From: an uncultured Thiobacillus sp.
Lineage (GTDB): Bacteria > Pseudomonadota > Gammaproteobacteria > Burkholderiales > Thiobacillaceae
Length of the DNA: 64,000 nt
Assembly: GCA_964466195.1 (NCBI GenBank)
Contig: CAYXMQ010000009.1
Location: 20,568-84,567 of the forward strand
Reading direction: 5' to 3'
Part shown: positions 59,412 to 64,000 of the stretch, piece after piece
How positions within the stretch are numbered: the first letter of the stretch is position 1
Layout: each line of letters begins with the position of its first letter
Made by a program: the position numbers and the translations under genes
Notes under the pieces: generated by a model
What the model was told of the DNA's origin: nothing
Database searches by the model: none
Seen by the model: only the letters and a program-made list of their open reading frames with translations

Positions 59412-59996
59412 ATGAATGCCTTAGTCAAAGTCACGGACAACCTGGCGGCGAACGCCGGCCAGGACATCCAGCAGTATCTGACCTTCATGCTGAGCGGCGA
59501 GGTGTACGCGATCGGCATCCTGCACATCAAGGAGATCATCGAGTACGGCCAGCTGACCACGGTGCCGATGATGCCGACCTTCATCCGCGGCGTGATCAAC
59601 CTGCGCGGCGCGGTGGTGCCGGTGGTGGACCTGGCCAGCCGCTTCGGCGGCAAGGCGGGCGTGGTGACGCGGCGCAGCTGCATCGTCATCCTGGAGCTGG
59701 CGGCCGAGGAGGATACGCAGGTGATCGGCGTGGTGGTGGACGCGGTCAACGAAGTACTGGAGATCGCCTCCGCCGACATCGAACCGCCGCCCAGCTTCGG
59801 CACCAAGATCCGTACCGATTTCATCGCCGGCATGGGCAAGGTGCAGGAGCGCTTCGTGATCCTGCTCAACGTCAACGAGGTGCTGTCGGCCGAGGATCTC
59901 GCCGTCCTCGGCCAGGCCGCCGAAGGCGGCGCGGCGGCGCATGCGTCCGCGCCGCGAGCCGCAGTCGGCCAGGCTGCGGAGAGTGCGGCGGCCTGA
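59412..59996 (+). CDS. cheW: chemotaxis coupling protein CheW
   Basis: gaggagg RBS. QYLTFMLSGEVYAIGILHIKEI...INLRGAVVPVVDL is the CheW-domain pattern. The C-terminal tail is Ala-rich. Confidence 0.9.
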   Translation: MNALVKVTDNLAANAGQDIQQYLTFMLSGEVYAIGILHIKEIIEYGQLTTVPMMPTFIRGVINLRGAVVPVVDLASRFGGKAGVVTRRSCIVILELAAEEDTQVIGVVVDAVNEVLEIASADIEPPPSFGTKIRTDFIAGMGKVQERFVILLNVNEVLSAEDLAVLGQAAEGGAAAHASAPRAAVGQAAESAAA

Positions 59997-60046
59997 AGCG
60001 GAACACGGTTTCCGCCGCAGCGGCCCGCTCTTGCCGCCGGCCCCCT

Positions 60047-60072
60047 GCCAGGGCCGGTGCAGCGGCCCTGGC
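60047..60072 (+). terminator. 9-bp perfect hairpin after cheW
   Basis: gccagggcc - 8-nt loop - ggccctggc, starting 51 nt after the cheW stop. The downstream T-run is weak (gggtttcc). Confidence 0.4.
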
Positions 60073-60164
60073 GCGGCAAGTGTGGGTTTCCATTTGATGT
60101 CAGTCAACGCGAAGCCGGTCTGGCTGAACGCCGATTGGACGGTACATTTTTTTGGAGAATGACT

Positions 60165-60311
60165 ATGTTCAAAAATCTGAAATTAGGCGTACGTCTCGGC
60201 TTGGGTTTTCTGGCGACAGTGATCCTGTTCAACGTCAACCTAATCCTGTCCAGTGAGGAGTTGGCCTTGATCGTCCAGCGCAGCCCGCTGGACGAGAAAC
60301 AAGTCGCCTGA
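60165..60311 (+). pseudogene. relic of an MCP N-terminus (48 codons)
   Basis: MFKNLKLGVRLGLGFL parallels [16 protein letters not shown] of the MCP at 57781, then similarity is lost. It keeps a ggaga RBS. Local AT content is higher than the surroundings. Confidence 0.45.
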
Positions 60312-60318
60312 GGTCGCC

Positions 60319-61119
60319 ATGCTCGAAACCGCCTTGCACGATCGTGAGTTCACCCAGTTCCGGCAGATGATCCACCGCATCGCCGGCATCAGCATGGCGC
60401 CTTCGAAAAAGGCGCTGGTGGCGGGGCGCCTGGCGAAACGGCTCAGGCACCATGGTTTGAGCAGTTATGCGGACTACTTCAACCTGCTCGGCCAGAACCG
60501 GAGTGAACTGCAGGTGGCGGTCGATCTGCTCACCACCAACGAGACCCATTTCTTCCGCGAGCAGAAGCATTTCGACTTCCTGCGCCAGCGCGTGCTGCCG
60601 CTGCGCACCGCCGGCCGCCCGTTCCGGGTCTGGAGCGCAGCCAGTTCCAGCGGCCAGGAGGCCTACAGCCTGGCCATGCTGCTGACGGATCAACTGGGCG
60701 AGTCGCCCTGGGAAGTGTTCGGTTCGGACATCAGCACCCAGGTGCTGGACAAGGCCCGCGCAGCGCTCTATTCGATGGAGCAGGCCCGCGAAATCCCCGC
60801 CGCCTACCTCAAGGCCTATTGCCTGAAAGGCGTCGGCAATCAATCCGGCCAGTTCACGCTGGCGCCGGCCTTGCGTCGGCGCGTGAATTTTCAACAGATC
60901 AACCTGAACGAGCGACTGCCGCAGGTGGGGGACTTCGATGTCATCCTGCTGCGCAATGTGATGATCTATTTCGAACCGCAAACCAAACAGCAGGTGGTGG
61001 GCCGCCTGTTGGAGCGCCTGCGGCCCGGCGGCTGGTTCATCATTGGCCATTCGGAAAGCCTCAACGGGCTGGCGCATGGCCTGGTCGCCGAGCAGCCGTC
61101 GGTGTACCGCAAGCCTTAA
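60319..61119 (+). CDS. cheR: chemotaxis protein methyltransferase CheR
   Basis: TNETHFFRE and VWSAASSSGQEAYSLAMLL SAM-binding motifs, plus LRNVMIYF. Length is 266 aa. Confidence 0.95.
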   Translation: MLETALHDREFTQFRQMIHRIAGISMAPSKKALVAGRLAKRLRHHGLSSYADYFNLLGQNRSELQVAVDLLTTNETHFFREQKHFDFLRQRVLPLRTAGRPFRVWSAASSSGQEAYSLAMLLTDQLGESPWEVFGSDISTQVLDKARAALYSMEQAREIPAAYLKAYCLKGVGNQSGQFTLAPALRRRVNFQQINLNERLPQVGDFDVILLRNVMIYFEPQTKQQVVGRLLERLRPGGWFIIGHSESLNGLAHGLVAEQPSVYRKP

Positions 61120-61129
61120 CGAGCGTGCC

Positions 61130-61657
61130 ATGAAAAAACCGCCGCACGTCATCGAGATCTATCTGCAACCGGGGGAACTCTGGTTCGGCGATGAGAACAC
61201 CCGCATCCGCACCATCCTGGGCTCCTGCGTCGCCATCACGCTGTGGCATCCGCATCGGCGCATCGGCGGCATGTGCCATTACATGCTGCCGAGCCGGGCG
61301 CGCAAGCATGGCGCCGATCTCGACGGGCGCTACGGTGACGAGGCGATGGCCTTGTTGATCAAGGAAATCCATGCCGTCGGCAGCCGGGTGCAGGACTTCG
61401 AAGTCAAGCTGTTCGGCGGCGGGCGCATGTTTCACCATGCCTTTTGCGAAGGGATGAGCTGCGACAGCCAGGTGCATGAGCGCAATATTGCGGCCGGGCG
61501 CGCCATGGTGGCGCAGCATGGGCTCAAGCTGATCGCCGAGCATCTCGGCGGGCACGGCCACCGCCAGGTCATACTGGATATCTGGAGCGGCCATGCCTGG
61601 CTCAAGCACACGCCGTTGCCGCCGCAGGCGCGCTGTTTACTCGTGGAGAGGATATGA
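61130..61657 (+). CDS. cheD: chemoreceptor glutamine deamidase CheD
   Basis: ATG 61130. [11 protein letters not shown] (catalytic Cys) and GGMCHYMLP (His). Length is 175 aa. Confidence 0.9.
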   Translation: MKKPPHVIEIYLQPGELWFGDENTRIRTILGSCVAITLWHPHRRIGGMCHYMLPSRARKHGADLDGRYGDEAMALLIKEIHAVGSRVQDFEVKLFGGGRMFHHAFCEGMSCDSQVHERNIAAGRAMVAQHGLKLIAEHLGGHGHRQVILDIWSGHAWLKHTPLPPQARCLLVERI

Positions 61658-62730
61658 AACCCATCCGTGTCATGATCGTTGATGATTCCGCCACCGTGCG
61701 CCAGGTGCTGGCAGCGGTGCTTTCCGCCGCGCCGGACATCGAGGTGATCGGTTCCGCGCCGGACCCGCTGTTCGCGCTCGACAAGATGAACCGCGATTGG
61801 CCCGACGTGGTCGTGCTGGATGTCGAGATGCCGCGCATGGATGGCATCACGTTCCTGAAGAAGCTGATGGCGCAACGGCCGACGCCGGTGGTGATCTGTT
61901 CCACGCTGACCGAAAAAGGCGCCGAAACCACGATGCAGGCCCTGTCGGCCGGCGCGGTGGCCATCGTCACCAAGCCGCGCATCGGCCTCAAGCAGTTCCT
62001 GGTGGACTCGGCCGAGGATGTGGTCGGCGCGGTGCGTGCAGCCGCCCAGGCCAACGTCCGGCGTCTGGCGGCGGGGCCGCTGCCGGTGGTCAAGCCCAAG
62101 CTGTCGGCCGACGCGATCCTGTCCAATTCCGCGCCGAGCCTGGCCATGCATGAAACCACCGACAAGGTCGTCGCGGTGGGCACCTCCACCGGCGGCACGC
62201 AGGCTCTGGAGGTGATGCTCTCGGCTCTGCCGCGCACCGTTTCCGGACTGGTCATCGTGCAGCACATGCCGGAGAAATTCACCGCTGCCTTCGCCGACCG
62301 CCTCAACAGCATCTGCCAGATCGAGGTGCGCGAGGCGAAGCACGGCGACCGCGTGCTGCCCGGCCGCGCGCTGATCGCGCCGGGCGGGCGGCACATGCTG
62401 CTCAAGCGCAGCGGCGCGCAATACCATGTCGACGTGGTGGACGGGCCGGCGGTGAACCGCCACCGCCCCTCGGTGGATGTGCTGTTCCGTTCGGTGGCGC
62501 GCTGCGCCGCCGGCAACGCCCTCGGCGTGATCATGACCGGCATGGGCGACGACGGTGCGCGCGGCATGAAGGAACTGCGCGAAGCCGGGGCGACGACGCT
62601 GGCCCAGGACGAGGACAGTTGCGTGGTGTACGGTATGCCCAAGGAGGCGGTGAAGCTGGGCGGTGTCATGAAGAGCGTGCCGCTCGGGGCGATCGCCGGC
62701 GAAGTCGCCCGCTATGGCGGCAACCGCTAG
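61654..62730 (+). CDS. cheB: protein-glutamate methylesterase/glutaminase CheB
   Basis: The ATG overlaps the cheD stop. [13 protein letters not shown]...[12 protein letters not shown] receiver domain. [10 protein letters not shown] esterase Ser motif. Confidence 0.95.
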   Translation: MKPIRVMIVDDSATVRQVLAAVLSAAPDIEVIGSAPDPLFALDKMNRDWPDVVVLDVEMPRMDGITFLKKLMAQRPTPVVICSTLTEKGAETTMQALSAGAVAIVTKPRIGLKQFLVDSAEDVVGAVRAAAQANVRRLAAGPLPVVKPKLSADAILSNSAPSLAMHETTDKVVAVGTSTGGTQALEVMLSALPRTVSGLVIVQHMPEKFTAAFADRLNSICQIEVREAKHGDRVLPGRALIAPGGRHMLLKRSGAQYHVDVVDGPAVNRHRPSVDVLFRSVARCAAGNALGVIMTGMGDDGARGMKELREAGATTLAQDEDSCVVYGMPKEAVKLGGVMKSVPLGAIAGEVARYGGNR

Positions 62731-62763
62731 ACTGCAGATCATCGTCTTTTCCCGCTCATTCCT

Positions 62764-64000
62764 ATGCCATTCGATACGACATCCAAGCGTTTGGCAGCTC
62801 TGGTTGAATTGCGCGGCCAGTTCGCCGATCACCTGTCGTTCAGAATAGATGCGATCCGCGCTCAGTATCGTCGTATCGGACCGTCGGCCTGGGCGGTCAA
62901 CGAGGCGGCAACCCTGTACCGGCTGCTGCAGGGCCTGATCGGCTCCGCCGACAGCTTCGGCCTGCATTCGCTGGCCGAAGCCGCTCGCGGCCTGGAGAGC
63001 CGGCTGGCGGACGTGCTCGAAGCCGACGCCGCGCCCAGCGAGGCGTCTTGGCAAGCCATCGGCGCAGCGCTTGAGCGTCTGGACTCTCTGGCGCGGGTTC
63101 GGCTGCTGAGTCATGGCCCGAGCCTGAGCCTGCCCGGCGCGCCGGAACGACTGCATCATCCGCCTTTGGTTTTTCTGGTGGAGGATGATCCGCTGCAGGC
63201 GGCGCACTTGAGTCTGGCCTTGCGGCGCGAGGGCTTCCGGGTGCAGGTATTCACGGCTGCGGACGAATTCCGTGCGGCGATAGCCGATGGCGCCGCCGAA
63301 CACCCCGCCGCCGTCGTGATGGACCTGATTTTCCCGGAGGGAGAGGACACCGGCGCCGACCTGATCAGCGAGCTAGGCCTGAGCAAGGCGGCCGGGATTC
63401 CGGTGATCGTCACGTCGGTGCGCGACGATCTGCCCGGTCGGCTGGCCGCCTTTCGCGCCGGGGCTTGCCGTTATCTGACCAAACCGGTGAATGCCGCGCG
63501 CTTGGCGGAATTGCTGGAGGGGCTCACCGGCCGCCAGGCGCCGCTGCCCTACCGTATTTTGCTGGTGGACGATGATCAGGTGTTGCTCGATATCCATGCC
63601 GCCGTGCTGCGCGCCGCCGGCATGGAGGTATGCACGGTGTCGGATCCGCTGCTGACGCTGGATGCCCTGGATGCGTTCGCTCCCGATGTGCTGCTGCTGG
63701 ATGTGTATATGCCTCAGGCCAGCGGCCTCGAGTTGGCCGCCGTGTTGCGTGAACGTGACGCGCAACAGCACCTGCCTATCCTGTTCCTGTCGGGCGAGAG
63801 CGACATGGAGCAGCAATTGTTGGCGCTGAGTCTCGGCGGTGACGACTACCTGGTGAAACCCGTACAACCCGATCATCTGGTCGCGGCGATACTCGCGCGG
63901 GCGCGGCGGGCGCGGCAGACCGGCGTCATGCAGCAGCACTTGCAACGCACGCTCTATGAGCGCGAGCGGGAACACCTGGCGCTGGATCAGCATGCCATCG
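62764..64000 (+). CDS. Hpt-like domain + two receiver domains, 3' end beyond the window (partial)
   Basis: Hand translation from ATG 62764 stays open to the window end, and this ORF is absent from the ORF track. Hpt-like LLQGLIGSADSFGL. REC1 LVFLVEDDP...VVMDLIF...LTKP. REC2 ILLVDDDQ...LLLDVYMP...LVKP. Confidence 0.75.
   Translation, partial: MPFDTTSKRLAALVELRGQFADHLSFRIDAIRAQYRRIGPSAWAVNEAATLYRLLQGLIGSADSFGLHSLAEAARGLESRLADVLEADAAPSEASWQAIGAALERLDSLARVRLLSHGPSLSLPGAPERLHHPPLVFLVEDDPLQAAHLSLALRREGFRVQVFTAADEFRAAIADGAAEHPAAVVMDLIFPEGEDTGADLISELGLSKAAGIPVIVTSVRDDLPGRLAAFRAGACRYLTKPVNAARLAELLEGLTGRQAPLPYRILLVDDDQVLLDIHAAVLRAAGMEVCTVSDPLLTLDALDAFAPDVLLLDVYMPQASGLELAAVLRERDAQQHLPILFLSGESDMEQQLLALSLGGDDYLVKPVQPDHLVAAILARARRARQTGVMQQHLQRTLYEREREHLALDQHAI

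Noticed and set aside
1-64000. CRISPR arrays, rRNA/tRNA genes, transposases, integrases, prophage or toxin-antitoxin/defence gene clusters.
   Set aside because: I saw no direct-repeat/spacer arrays, RNA gene signatures or protein families of these kinds on either strand. The only mobile-element-like features are the two small non-coding inverted-repeat elements reported above.

Overview
This 64-kb window has about 65% G+C and is gene-dense. I call about 58 protein-coding genes. I saw no rRNA or tRNA genes, CRISPR arrays, transposases, integrases or phage genes. It reads like core chromosome of a betaproteobacterium; that taxon is my inference from protein sequences only.

Gene content from left to right:
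- 443-17707: prfC, a Tim44-like protein, a flavoprotein, TatD, hslR, DJ-1, a CBS protein, rsgA, an M48 protease, orn, an alpha-glucan phosphorylase, crcB plus DUF190, and dbpA.
- 17911-23603: a tetraheme lipoprotein cytochrome c, an orphan B12-binding radical SAM enzyme, and a CheB-CheR-PAS fusion.
- 23682-26643: a CopD-like membrane protein, then a tightly packed SseB / unknown / GlcD-like trio.
- 26794-31276: a lower-GC module made of a membrane heme-c sensor, a PhnD-like binding protein and a PAS-GGDEF-EAL protein.
- 31335-38468: a GIY-YIG protein, a GGDEF protein divergent from an orphan flgA, and a MacAB-like ABC exporter.
- 38680-45875: a small ORF and type-I sqr behind a near-consensus sigma-54 promoter, then prpEBCD on the minus strand.
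- 45987-53097: manC, CYTH-CHAD divergent from ppk1, and a REC-histidine kinase with a NarL-type regulator.
- 53254-64000: a large chemosensory cluster (REC, MCP, CheY, STAS, CheA, MCP, CheW, CheR, CheD, CheB, then Hpt-like-REC-REC) that runs off the right edge.

Non-genic structure:
- Two MITE-like inverted-repeat elements.
- A repeated C5-6/G5-6 hairpin in the prp operon spacers.
- Several strong hairpins and palindromes.

I found no convincing defence island or clearly novel system. The best leads are:
- the STAS-containing chemosensory cluster with a His-less Hpt output protein;
- the heme-c / binding-protein / c-di-GMP module;
- the sigma-54 promoter, small ORF and sqr unit;
- the orphan B12 radical SAM gene.

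All translations and coordinates outside the supplied ORF track were worked out by hand. Hairpin and palindrome coordinates may be off by 1-2 nt.
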